Shown here: positions 17,863 through 26,956 of the stretch, one piece after another | Numbering within the stretch: position 1 is the stretch's first letter | How the letters are laid out: each line of letters starts with the position of its first letter | Source: Bdellovibrionota bacterium | GTDB taxonomy: Bacteria; Bdellovibrionota_C; UBA2361; JBGSMV01 | Direction of reading: 5' to 3' | DNA: 28,410 nucleotides | Assembly: GCA_044356455.1 (NCBI GenBank) | Contig: JBIKWF010000052.1 | Coordinates: 1-28,410 of the forward strand | The notes under the pieces: generated by a model | Database searches by the model: none | The model's input: the letters and a program-made list of their open reading frames with translations, nothing else | Told to the model about the DNA's origin: nothing | Program-made: the position numbers and the translations under genes

Positions 17863-19242
17863 ATGTCACTGAATAAACAAGATAAATTTGCAACCAACTG
17901 GGGACTCCGCCGAATCTTCGACGCGGGACTTGTCTGGCATGCGGCGCCTCGCGCAGTAGGGTCCCCTTGCCCAACGGCAAAACAAGCGCAGCACGGGACA
18001 CTACAAACCCAGCGTGGGACACTACAAACCCAGCGCGAGACACGACAAACCCAGCGTGGGACACTACAGTTCGGAGTTCCTGAGATCGATTCGCTTCTTC
18101 CCTTTGGAGGACTACCCCGAGGGTCTGTCCACGAGATTCTTCTCGAGGACGCTCAAATCACGAGCGAGCTAAGGGAGAAGGACAAAGACAACGACAAGGA
18201 CAAGGACAAGGACAAGGACAAGGACCAATTCTCAGCTTACCCGAGGATATTGCCTGCAATACTAGCAGGTAGCCTGTGGAAAAATCTCGTCACGTCCCAG
18301 CTCGAAGAACGTGCGTCAATAAGAGCCCATAGTGGACAGCTTAATCACAGCCCACTGGCTAATAACAGTGCACTAGCTAATAACAGCGCACAGGCTACTC
18401 ACGATCGGCATGCGAACCGGGGCAAACAGTCTCACTCTCTTGCCTGCCAGTTTCCTTACCTTATCTGGATAGGAAAGGCGTCGTGGCCAACTCCTTTTTT
18501 TCTTGAACAACTGATCTCATCTTTCTTAGCCACGGTTCCTTCTATAGCGCTGCGCCACTCTGCCACCTCTTCATCTCATGCTCTCATGCTTGATTTTACA
18601 GAGGAGCTGATTTCTGAGCGCTGCCTCTTTCTAGATCCTCCTACTCACAGGCTACATCTTTGGGCTCTCGAAGCTGCCCTTAAAACAAAAGGGGTTGGCG
18701 TAGTCATTGCAGATTGCTCAAGCATCCTAGAAGCCCCTCGCAGAGTCGGAAGTTCAGCCGAAAACTCACGGCGCCTCGAGAGAAATGAAATCTCTCTTAG
18801 CACTTCAAGAAGGCTTTCAATTGCCGCTCGGTCCAACGACACCACCCTCCTACTCCTTCGTCACAAGCGCACACGAGAAAAAAGCGCATCAAGGGGCAGC
18901 ACCGCGTATAGCCAGTGGACACTACGGCCTAGCCTTTCAACCTCACTCACACAGCGCTGGGAAATAGAGCTTCGGCGAGTCAAAGGTAGCGGCCTCTCGC
19001 AAAAAACCTGGACTATTGAATTGCTCGAAGAGCAAGATTTTGGCGAATTGCTCGAAGAGCAAGATTTTGGCGAATTGCTCGAAGAGCAAGATTCTGGCGA
19101 ATTGCTCGAGGAGCAAGATCATGGAACAAGGAACCCTGAAACGGCGCTTTCTCTGCGTGTACTTCCCGTTTTGGTCAATAAACTTACTGCATCTCACACA
19201 GAAAGAAGCTCACCACTCAGAGCAAGCCTCAGCCGCAGATAG
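17863..19242 (+). CDS. imuA: ImuA family translesion-synthesis accessory protein (RecA-like), expanded by repeats
   Basis: FGVPEIDSLLPFGGLPRGSVHEI, LWALEAALK..GV..VIAD, RRLSIAA, W.IELRRVKG; first gene of an imuA-imuB-dnaE2 cassette. Confidence 0.82.
   Translation: MSLNKQDKFATNWGLRRIFDAGLVWHAAPRAVGSPCPTAKQAQHGTLQTQRGTLQTQRETRQTQRGTLQFGVPEIDSLLPFGGLPRGSVHEILLEDAQITSELREKDKDNDKDKDKDKDKDQFSAYPRILPAILAGSLWKNLVTSQLEERASIRAHSGQLNHSPLANNSALANNSAQATHDRHANRGKQSHSLACQFPYLIWIGKASWPTPFFLEQLISSFLATVPSIALRHSATSSSHALMLDFTEELISERCLFLDPPTHRLHLWALEAALKTKGVGVVIADCSSILEAPRRVGSSAENSRRLERNEISLSTSRRLSIAARSNDTTLLLLRHKRTREKSASRGSTAYSQWTLRPSLSTSLTQRWEIELRRVKGSGLSQKTWTIELLEEQDFGELLEEQDFGELLEEQDSGELLEEQDHGTRNPETALSLRVLPVLVNKLTASHTERSSPLRASLSRR
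17989..18068 (+). repeat. 21-bp tandem repeat, ~3.8 copies (QRGTLQT)
   Basis: CAGCGTGGGACACTACAAACC consensus at 17989, 18010, 18031 and 18052 (partial). Confidence 0.92.
18181..18225 (+). repeat. GACAAG hexamer microsatellite (DK repeat)
   Basis: Five perfect GACAAG units at 18193-18222 plus degenerate flanking units. Confidence 0.92.
18353..18388 (+). repeat. 18-bp tandem duplication (LANNSA)
   Basis: CACTGGCTAATAACAGTG followed by CACTAGCTAATAACAGCG. Confidence 0.85.
19018..19125 (+). repeat. 27-bp tandem repeat, 4 copies (ELLEEQDFG)
   Basis: GAATTGCTCGAAGAGCAAGATTTTGGC at 19018 and 19045 (identical), 19072 (1 change) and 19099 (diverged, carries the imuB RBS and ATG). Confidence 0.95.
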
Positions 19243-20860
19243 GCAGCCTCGAGAGCGAGCAGAATGTGGGGCCGTAGCCCATCGACCCGTGGTGCTCTAT
19301 CACAACACCTCTAGAGCTACTCATGCGCTTGTTGCAGATTCCTGCCAATGTGCGCGAGAGAAAGGAGCACTGCGCGGCAATCCTCTCGCCTTCGCGCTCG
19401 CACGCTTGCCTAAGGATGCGCAAACATTCCCTCTACGCGCAGACAAAGACTTTGCGCTATTACACCGACTCGCTCGCTGGGCACTAAAATTTTCTCCCCT
19501 TGTCGCCATCGATAGCGAGCTTATCGCCGCGGCCAAAGAAAACTCACTCGCGCTCGCCTCTCCCCTACACTATGGCTTTCATATCGATCTCACCGGGACA
19601 GAGAGAGTCAACGGAGGCGAAGAAACCGTACTCAATAGATTAGAACAGGTCTTTCGCTCTCGCGCGCTGAGCTGCTCTCTTGCCGTCACCCCAAGCCTTG
19701 GAGCCTCCTGGGCGCTCTCTCGGTTTGGAACCAAGGGCCGAATAATAATAGAGGATAGACCTGGCATTGAAACATCTCTGCAAGAAGCCCTTGCGCCCCT
19801 CCCCGTAGAGAGCCTGCGTTTAGACACTGAAACAAGCGAGTCCCTGCATTTACTGGGCATCACTCGTATCGAGCAACTGCTTGCGCTGCCCCCGAAGAAG
19901 CTTGGGATACGCTTTCCCCAGGCTCAAGGCCCACAAGGAATTCTCACTCGCCTTCGCCAAGCGCTAGGAACTCAAAATGAGTTACTCTCGTTTATTCATC
20001 CTCCCACCATTATTCGTGAGTCGCGCCGCTTCGAAGTTCCCCTTACGAACCACAGTAGTATCGAACATGCGCTGCTTGAATTGCTTCACAATATTTTCGA
20101 AACCCTCCTCCGAGAAGGAAAGACAACCCGCGCACTTATCATCGAAATTGTCTCTCTTAACCGCGAGCGGCAGCCCTGCATTACTCGTAAAGAACTTACC
20201 TTTTGTCACGCAACTCGCGACAGGAACCATGCCCGTTCCGTAATCACTCCGCTGATCGAATCAATTCAAGCAGCCGAAGGGGTAATCGCCCTGCATCTGA
20301 CCGCTCGTCTCACCTCTCGTGCCAAAAGTCTTCAGCATCAGCTCATCAAGGACCACAGCATGAGCGGCGGAACCTTTGAACAAGAGAATGAAAATGTCCA
20401 AGAACTCATGAACCATTTAGTCACAAGACTTGGAAGCGACCGCGTGCTGCGAGTCGAGCACTCTGCTTCCTATCTACCAGAAGCATCTTTTGGGTACCGC
20501 AGTATCACCTCGCCCTCACGCCGAAGCGAGGACTCCGCGATTACTCACAGGCTCTTCATGAAGCGCCCCTCATATCTCTTCAACGCACCTCAGCCAATTT
20601 CGGCTATTGCAATGCTGCCTGATAAACCACCCTCTCAGCTCACCTGGCAAGGACAGAGACTTAAAGTTACCTCCGCTGAAGGCCCCGAACGTATTTGTCT
20701 TGAATGGTGGCAGCACTCGCTCTCAACCTCACAAGTGACTACCCACGGCAATCATGCCTCGCGCGATTATTTTAGAGTGCAGGACCAGACAGGCCGCTGG
20801 CTTTGGGTCTTTAGAGATAATGCCGCAAAAAATTGGTTCATTCATGGGATGTGGGTGTAG
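19121..20860 (+). CDS. imuB: ImuB, catalytically inactive Y-family polymerase
   Basis: RFLCVYFPFW, W..KFSPLVA.D, IDLTG, LAPLPVESLRL, C-terminal RPSYLF..P, GPERICLEWW, RDYFRVQD..GRWLWVFR, WFIHG. GAGGAG (19108-19113) supports ATG 19121 over the track's TTG 19016, which only adds repeat-derived residues. Confidence 0.9.
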   Translation: MEQGTLKRRFLCVYFPFWSINLLHLTQKEAHHSEQASAADRQPRERAECGAVAHRPVVLYHNTSRATHALVADSCQCAREKGALRGNPLAFALARLPKDAQTFPLRADKDFALLHRLARWALKFSPLVAIDSELIAAAKENSLALASPLHYGFHIDLTGTERVNGGEETVLNRLEQVFRSRALSCSLAVTPSLGASWALSRFGTKGRIIIEDRPGIETSLQEALAPLPVESLRLDTETSESLHLLGITRIEQLLALPPKKLGIRFPQAQGPQGILTRLRQALGTQNELLSFIHPPTIIRESRRFEVPLTNHSSIEHALLELLHNIFETLLREGKTTRALIIEIVSLNRERQPCITRKELTFCHATRDRNHARSVITPLIESIQAAEGVIALHLTARLTSRAKSLQHQLIKDHSMSGGTFEQENENVQELMNHLVTRLGSDRVLRVEHSASYLPEASFGYRSITSPSRRSEDSAITHRLFMKRPSYLFNAPQPISAIAMLPDKPPSQLTWQGQRLKVTSAEGPERICLEWWQHSLSTSQVTTHGNHASRDYFRVQDQTGRWLWVFRDNAAKNWFIHGMWV

Positions 20861-20863
20861 CGC

Positions 20864-23800
20864 ATGCCTGACATTCCCTATAAAAAATTTAAATTCTCCG
20901 CAAAATCCCCTTCGGAATCGAGCGAGCCACCTCTCTTCGCTAACCAAAGTGAGGAGTATGCTGAACTTGAAGTCACGAGCAATTTTTCGTTTCTTCGAGG
21001 CGGCAGCCATCCCGAGGAGCTTGTAGGGCGCGCCGCAGAACTCGGCTACCGTGCGTTGGCCGTTACCGACCATGAAACCTTGGCGGGAATTGTAAGAGCG
21101 CACACAGCCGCAAGAGATCTCCCCCTTCAGTACATCGTGGGATCTCGCCTCTTCTTTTCTTTCGCATCGTCCCTCAATAGAAGCAGCGCCCTCTATCGAT
21201 TTTCTCTGCTCGCCTACCCTCTCAGCAGGCAGGGATATGGAAATCTTTGTGCTCTTCTCACGAAAGGAAAAAGGCGGGCTCAAAAAGGATCCTGCGAACT
21301 CCTACTCGAAGATTTTTTCTCGCTGCATCACGACCTCGCCATTACGCTCTGCCCGCCTTTTCCAGAGGGGCCGCATACACAGGCCCGGGACGTAGCGTTT
21401 CTTGATTTCTGCACACTCATTAAAGATAGCTGCCCCGATCCACGCCTCATTTCTGTCGCCCTCTCCAGGGACTATAGCCACCTTTCCCGAAGGCACAGTG
21501 AAAACGTCATAAAGCTCTCTCACTATCTTGGCATTCCGCTCGTAGCAACGGGCAACATCTTTTACCATGTCCCCGAGCGCCGCCCGCTTCAGGACATCCT
21601 TACTTGCATACGAGAGAAATGTACGATTCACGCGGCAGGCTTCCGGCTCCTGCAGAATGCAGAACGTTACCTCAAGGCGCCTCAAGAAATAGCTCGCCTC
21701 TTTAGAGACCTTCCTCATGCACTCTCGCGCACTCTTGAAATCGCCTCCTGGTGCACTGGCTTTTCTCTCGACCAACTGCGCTACGAGTACCCCAAAGAAG
21801 TCTGCCCTCCCGGGCGTAGCGCCGCCGAGTACTTGCGTGAGCTCGTGTTTCAAGGCGCACACACTCGCTACCGCGAAGGGCTACCAGAAAAAGTTCTCCA
21901 TATTCTTGAAGAAGAGCTGCGCCTTATAGGAGAGCTTGCCTACGAGAAGTACTTTCTGACGTGTTACCACATTGTGCAATTTGCGAGGTCACGCGGCATT
22001 CTTTGCCAAGGAAGAGGCGCCGCTGCAAATTCAGCGGTCTGCTTTTGTCTCGGAATCACCTCCGTCGATCCTGAGCGAATTAACCTTCTTTTCGCCCGCT
22101 TTATAAGCAAAGAGCGCAATGAGCCGCCTGATATTGATATCGATTTTGAGCATGAGCGTAGAGAAGAGGTCATTCAATACATCTATGAAACCTTTGGACG
22201 GGAACGTGCAGGACTTACCTGCGAAGTTATTACCTATCGTTACCGCAGCGCCGTGAAAGAAGTGGGCAAAGCCTTGGGGCTCCCTCCACGTATCGTTGAG
22301 GGTCTCTCAAAGGCAGTCCATCGCTGGACAAATCATGAAATAGACCCCGAGGATCTTAAAGAGCTCGGTCTTAATCCTGAAAGCGTTACGGTAAAAAACA
22401 CCTTCTCGCTTGCAAAAGAATTATTAGGATTTCCTCGCCATCTCTCACAGCATGTCGGCGGTTTTATTATTTCTGAGCATCCACTCTCAGAAATTGTGCC
22501 CATTGGAAATGCAGGCATGGAGTCTCGCACTATTATTGAGTGGGACAAGGACGATATTGAATCTCTCGGAATGCTTAAAATAGATATTCTCGCCCTTGGA
22601 ATGCTTACCTGCATTCGCAAAGCACTCAGCTTTATCAATCGTAGACTACTTAAGGAGCGTAGCCCACTCTATCCGCTCGAGCTCCACAGTATCCCCGCCG
22701 AAGACCCCGCGGTCTACGACATGATCTGCAAGGCTGACACGGTTGGCGTATTTCAAATCGAGTCGCGTGCACAGATGTCTATGCTTCCGCGCCTTAAGCC
22801 GCGCTGTTTCTACGACCTCGTCATCGAAGTAGCGATTGTGCGCCCCGGTCCAATTCAAGGAAACATGGTGCACCCCTATCTCAAGAGGCGCTCCGGGCTT
22901 GAAACTATTACGTTTCCTGATGAACGAGTTGCTGAAATCCTCGGTAAAACCTTAGGAGTGCCTCTCTTTCAAGAACAAGCCATGCGGCTTGCTATTGTAC
23001 TTGCGAAATTTACACCCGGGGAGGCTGAATTGCTGAGGCGCGCCATGGCAGCCTGGAAGCGCGATAAGGGTGTTATTGCCACCTTTAAAAAGCGGATTGT
23101 AGAAGGCATGACGGCGAATGGCTACTCAGAGCAGTTTGCCGAGCACTGCATGAATCAGATCAAGGGATTTAGTGAATACGGCTTCCCTGAATCTCATGCC
23201 GCATCCTTTGCGCTCCTTGTATACGCGTCAGCCTGGATTAAACACTACTTCCCAGCCGAGTTTACCACCGCACTCTTAAATAGCCTCCCTATGGGCTTTT
23301 ATGCGCCTTCGCAGCTTGTGCGAGATGCCGAGCAGCATCACGTGCCAATACTACCAATCGATGTGGCCCACAGCGAATGGCTCTCTACCGTTGAGCAGCA
23401 AGGAACCTTGCCTTCGGTGAGACTTGGCATGCATCTGGTGAAAGGAGTTGGAGAAGAACAAGCGCTCCTTATCCGTGAAGCCCAGCAAAGCTACGGGAAG
23501 GCAAGCTCCGTGCATGACCTGTGGCGAAAGGCACACCTTCACTCTCGAAGCTTTTTAAAGGAGAACGCCCCCTACAAAGACGCCCCTCCGCGCTCTCTAA
23601 GGCGCGGCACGCTTGAACTTCTTGCTCAGGCCGATGCATTTAGGTCTCTTTCCCTTGGGCAGCGTGAGGCGCTTTGGGAAATCAAGGCGCTCGCCCCTTC
23701 GCCTGCTGACGTAGCAGAACTTGAGCGAGAGCCAACTCACCACGAAACCTCCTGCAGCTACGCCCCCGGACTCCAAGTAACGCTCCCTTTCATGAGTCCA

Positions 23801-24250
23801 CAGAAGTCCATGTTCGAAGATTACCGCATGACGGGACTCTCTCTTAAGGCGCACCCACTCCAATTTGTACGTGAATCGCTCGCAAAAAGAGGAGTAGCAA
23901 CCGCCGCAGCCCTGCGCGTGCGGCCCCTCACTACGCGCTCTCGCTACGAAGAAGAGTCGCTCGTTTCCGTAGCGGGAATCGCAATTGTGCGGCAACGCCC
24001 AAGCACCGCCAAAGGTGTCGTATTCGTTACCCTAGAAGACGAGACAGGCATTGCAAATCTTATTATTAGACGGGAAACGTTTGAGCGCTTCCAGCGCATC
24101 ATCATTTCAAGCGCGGCGCTCCTCGCAAGGGGAACGCTCGATAGAGTAGGCGAGGTGATTTACGTTTCGGCCTCGTATATTGAGAGCTTGGATGCGCAGG
24201 TTCTTATTTCAAAAGATCCTAACCTGCCCAGTCTGAGCTACTCGTATTAA
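20864..24250 (+). CDS. dnaE2: Error-prone DNA polymerase DnaE2 (ImuC)
   Basis: YAEL..TSNFSFLRGGSHPEEL PHP domain, CQGRGAAANSAVC, catalytic PDIDIDF, FPRHLSQHVGG, KIDILALGML, GVFQIESRAQM, YGFPESHAASF, OB-fold RQRPSTAKGVVFVTLEDETG. Confidence 0.96.
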   Translation: MPDIPYKKFKFSAKSPSESSEPPLFANQSEEYAELEVTSNFSFLRGGSHPEELVGRAAELGYRALAVTDHETLAGIVRAHTAARDLPLQYIVGSRLFFSFASSLNRSSALYRFSLLAYPLSRQGYGNLCALLTKGKRRAQKGSCELLLEDFFSLHHDLAITLCPPFPEGPHTQARDVAFLDFCTLIKDSCPDPRLISVALSRDYSHLSRRHSENVIKLSHYLGIPLVATGNIFYHVPERRPLQDILTCIREKCTIHAAGFRLLQNAERYLKAPQEIARLFRDLPHALSRTLEIASWCTGFSLDQLRYEYPKEVCPPGRSAAEYLRELVFQGAHTRYREGLPEKVLHILEEELRLIGELAYEKYFLTCYHIVQFARSRGILCQGRGAAANSAVCFCLGITSVDPERINLLFARFISKERNEPPDIDIDFEHERREEVIQYIYETFGRERAGLTCEVITYRYRSAVKEVGKALGLPPRIVEGLSKAVHRWTNHEIDPEDLKELGLNPESVTVKNTFSLAKELLGFPRHLSQHVGGFIISEHPLSEIVPIGNAGMESRTIIEWDKDDIESLGMLKIDILALGMLTCIRKALSFINRRLLKERSPLYPLELHSIPAEDPAVYDMICKADTVGVFQIESRAQMSMLPRLKPRCFYDLVIEVAIVRPGPIQGNMVHPYLKRRSGLETITFPDERVAEILGKTLGVPLFQEQAMRLAIVLAKFTPGEAELLRRAMAAWKRDKGVIATFKKRIVEGMTANGYSEQFAEHCMNQIKGFSEYGFPESHAASFALLVYASAWIKHYFPAEFTTALLNSLPMGFYAPSQLVRDAEQHHVPILPIDVAHSEWLSTVEQQGTLPSVRLGMHLVKGVGEEQALLIREAQQSYGKASSVHDLWRKAHLHSRSFLKENAPYKDAPPRSLRRGTLELLAQADAFRSLSLGQREALWEIKALAPSPADVAELEREPTHHETSCSYAPGLQVTLPFMSPQKSMFEDYRMTGLSLKAHPLQFVRESLAKRGVATAAALRVRPLTTRSRYEEESLVSVAGIAIVRQRPSTAKGVVFVTLEDETGIANLIIRRETFERFQRIIISSAALLARGTLDRVGEVIYVSASYIESLDAQVLISKDPNLPSLSYSY

Positions 24251-24368
24251 GGAAGCTCTGAAAAAGTCGGCTCTGTGTCCTGTGGTTGATTCGAATAGTA
24301 GAAAAACCACAGAGGACACAGAGAGCACAGTGAGGAAAATGAAATATTGAGGCTTTTCAGACGCTCAC
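24251..24368. mobile_element. MITE/REP-like element, copy 2
   Basis: Begins directly after the dnaE2 TAA and is followed by TAA (24369-24371). Left end GGAAGCTCTGAAAAAG; right end reverse-complemented GTGAGCGTCTGAAAAG. Shares TGTGGTTGATT and GAAAAACCACAGAGGACACAGAGA with copy 1. Confidence 0.78.
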
Positions 24369-24424
24369 TAACAATGGAGGTGTTTATAGCTTGTGCCGAA
24401 GTCTCCACATGCTGGAAAACTGCC

Positions 24425-24907
24425 ATGAATGAGGTTTCTGCAATCAGGATTACCGATGCGCAATTAGACAAATTTACTTGTCAAATGTTTACCTATGGCG
24501 CGTTCTCGGGCGGCATACGCCCACAAGACGTGTTCGGCACCCTACTCCTGATACCGCTTTGCGCAGTACTACTATCGTTTTTCAAACATCCAAGCCCGCC
24601 GCTAAGAAGAGCTGCAAAGATATTCCTACTTTGGCCACTCGGCACTATTGGGATCCTTTTGCTTTTTGTCACACTGAGGAACTTCTTCGGCTACTCGGAA
24701 TCTTGGAGGATTGCTCTCAACGGATCACGCTGGGTATTTAGCATTGCTCTATCCGCCGTGCTTGCCTCTCTGCTCGTGCAGGGAATATCTGCCGCGCGAA
24801 AAGAGAACCACGGCTGGATACGTGCTGCTATCGCCTTAGTTTTTCTTGTGCTGGTATGGCTCGTGTGGCTAGTGCCCGAAGTCTGGGTTTATTTCAACTG
24901 TTCGTAG
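24425..24907 (+). CDS. Hypothetical integral membrane protein (~4 TM)
   Basis: Four hydrophobic stretches and no recognised motif. The track's TTG 24347 lies inside the repeat element, so ATG 24425 or 24485 is more plausible. Confidence 0.55.
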   Translation: MNEVSAIRITDAQLDKFTCQMFTYGAFSGGIRPQDVFGTLLLIPLCAVLLSFFKHPSPPLRRAAKIFLLWPLGTIGILLLFVTLRNFFGYSESWRIALNGSRWVFSIALSAVLASLLVQGISAARKENHGWIRAAIALVFLVLVWLVWLVPEVWVYFNCS

Positions 24908-25582
24908 CGGATCAGCAAAATTGAACAGCTCTAATAGAGAGCTCCCCCACTCCGAGCGCGGGCGGACGAGGCGAGCCAGTACCTCATGACCACTTCGCCA
25001 CTCCCGAAAGAGAGTCACAAGCTCGACGTAGCCATATTCAAGCGAAAGCTGCTCGGCAGATCGCTCGGCTGACCACCCTTCTCGGAGCGAAAGCCACAAA
25101 GCTGCTGCAACGCCCGTACGATCGCTTCCGCTGTGACACAACACTAACAAGGGAGGCTCGGCCTCTACGATCGCCGCTCGTAGCTCAGCTGCTGAATCTG
25201 AATCTGGGGTATGGGTGGTGGTAATCGGAACATGCACGTAGCGGGCTCCCCCCTCTGTTACGAAGGGCTCAAAAGGCCTGAGAACTACCGAGCGCCCGGT
25301 TCGTAAGTCCAGGACAGTCTTGATGTGGTGCTCAAAAATCGCGTCTTTAATAAGCCCTGCGCTCACCGCCGAGGAACGATAGAGGCGCTGTGGAAGTACC
25401 TCTCTGAGATTCCCCGAGACACCTACCGCAGTGAGGAACGTTGCTACCGAGCGAATCTCAGGAAGAACTGAAGCTCCGCCGACAAGAAAAAAAGCGAGCA
25501 ACAGCAGCGCTCGAGTTCTCCACTTCCCTGTTTCAAGAGTTCCAGGCAAAGGAGCCTCTCGATTCCCCTTACTCTGCAACAT
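24869..25582 (-). CDS. Tyrosine/dual-specificity phosphatase family protein with an N-terminal TM anchor
   Basis: GNLREVLPQRLYRS, IKTVLDLR, P-loop PLLVLCHSGSDRTG (CX5R intact; Leu replaces the usual His before Cys), A.EQLSL.YG. Confidence 0.82.
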   Translation of the reverse strand: MLQSKGNREAPLPGTLETGKWRTRALLLLAFFLVGGASVLPEIRSVATFLTAVGVSGNLREVLPQRLYRSSAVSAGLIKDAIFEHHIKTVLDLRTGRSVVLRPFEPFVTEGGARYVHVPITTTHTPDSDSAAELRAAIVEAEPPLLVLCHSGSDRTGVAAALWLSLREGWSAERSAEQLSLEYGYVELVTLFREWRSGHEVLARLVRPRSEWGSSLLELFNFADPLRTVEINPDFGH

Positions 25583-25696
25583 AAGACACTCCCCGGAGCC
25601 ATCTCGCGGAATTACTTACCCCAATTCTACTAAAACAACCTCTATGGTGACCATCTCTATCTTTTTACTGACCCCGAGTGGTGACAAACTACTATC

Positions 25697-26956
25697 ATGC
25701 CACTAGCAAGCGATTCACTCTACGACGCAATTATTATTGGAGCCGGTATCTCTGGCCTGGTGGTTGCATCAATACTCTCTGACGCTGGATACAAAGTCTG
25801 CGTGCTTGAAGCACGCGATCGCATAGGAGGAAGAATTCACTCCCTTACTAAGCACGGGCTACTCACGGAATCTGGAGCAGAAATGCTCCACGGAAAGGGT
25901 TCGGTCGCATATAGCTATGTTCAAAAAGCTGGACTAACAATTGTCCCAGGTCCCAATCAGCATCACTATCTCTCAAGAAAATCGCATTACGATCCAGCAA
26001 GTTCATTTGCACATCACGTCGAAGCAGTTTTCGAGAGGCTTTCCACGCTTTATCGAGAGGATCTATCGCTCGCAGAAGCCATAGCACAAAGCAGCGCAGA
26101 TGCAGAGCCAGAAGTTATTGCTATGGTTGATTCGATGGTGCGTTCCCTTGAGGGAGCAGACGATCTTACCTCACCACGTCCGCTGAGCGTGCGTGGACTT
26201 GGGTGGAAAGGCTGCGAGGATACCTTTCTTCCGGAAAACTTCTTGGTGAAGGAGGGCTACCAGGCACTCGCGCAACGTCTCGCGGTTGGGCTCGAAGTGC
26301 GCTTGTCCTCTCCCGTCACAACGATTCATTGGTCTAAAGCAACCTGCCGAGTCGAAACACCCTCTCAATCTTTGATAGGTAAAGTAGCAATCGTTACCGT
26401 CCCACTCGGCGTGCTTAAGAAGGAAGCGCTCTCTTTTTATCCATCCCTCCCCGTCCTCATGACCGATGCCATTCGAGCTATCGGCATGAGCTCTCACGTA
26501 AAAATGGTCTTCTATTTCAAAGAGCGCTGGTGGCCATTTGAGGGATTCCTTGAAACCGATGGCATGATTGGCTCTTGGTGGGGACGTGGTGACATACCCG
26601 TACTTTCAACTCTCACCGGCGGGAATCGCGCGAGGACACTCGCTGATATGAATCCTCGGCAGCGAACTCAGTTCGCGCTTAAGGAACTTTCCTCGGTGTG
26701 GGGCCCCGCCTGCCTTGAGGGGCTACTCTCAGTAGACTTCATCAACTGGATCCACGATCCTTGGGCCCTCGGTGGGTACTCGCACAACACAGTAGGAATG
26801 GGCAACGCGCGTAAAGTCCTTGCAACTCCTATCGAGGGGCGCCTTTTCTTCGCTGGGGAAGCAACATGCTTTGATGGAGATCATGCAACGGTGCACGGGG
26901 CCATTGAAAGCGCAGAACGCTGTGCAAGGGAGGCGCTTTTGAGCCTCGATGCCTAA
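25697..26956 (+). CDS. Flavin monoamine oxidase family protein
   Basis: ATGCCACTAGCAAGC reads on the + strand from 25697 and ends at TAA 26954-26956, so the track's strand label is wrong. Motifs IIIGAGISGL, VLEARDRIGGRI, IVTVPLGVLK, W..DPWALGGYS, LFFAGEAT, TVHGAIESAERCA. Confidence 0.92.
   Translation: MPLASDSLYDAIIIGAGISGLVVASILSDAGYKVCVLEARDRIGGRIHSLTKHGLLTESGAEMLHGKGSVAYSYVQKAGLTIVPGPNQHHYLSRKSHYDPASSFAHHVEAVFERLSTLYREDLSLAEAIAQSSADAEPEVIAMVDSMVRSLEGADDLTSPRPLSVRGLGWKGCEDTFLPENFLVKEGYQALAQRLAVGLEVRLSSPVTTIHWSKATCRVETPSQSLIGKVAIVTVPLGVLKKEALSFYPSLPVLMTDAIRAIGMSSHVKMVFYFKERWWPFEGFLETDGMIGSWWGRGDIPVLSTLTGGNRARTLADMNPRQRTQFALKELSSVWGPACLEGLLSVDFINWIHDPWALGGYSHNTVGMGNARKVLATPIEGRLFFAGEATCFDGDHATVHGAIESAERCAREALLSLDA

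Noticed and set aside
17768..18064. 98-aa minus-strand ORF with SHAGFVV repeats
   Set aside because: Antisense reading of the 21-bp imuA repeat running through the promoter; no independent coding evidence.
19016..19120. N-terminal NCSKSKILA repeats on ImuB in the ORF track
   Set aside because: Alternative-frame reading of the imuA 27-bp repeat; the RBS and ImuB homology begin at ATG 19121.
19018..19125. 27-bp palindromic repeats as a possible CRISPR array
   Set aside because: The units are directly adjacent with no spacers, lie in frame within imuA, and no cas genes are present.
20729..23995. Several 60-190 aa ORFs antisense or out of frame within imuB/dnaE2 (and similar ones in other long genes)
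   Set aside because: They overlap well-supported genes and have no recognisable motifs; treated as shadow ORFs.
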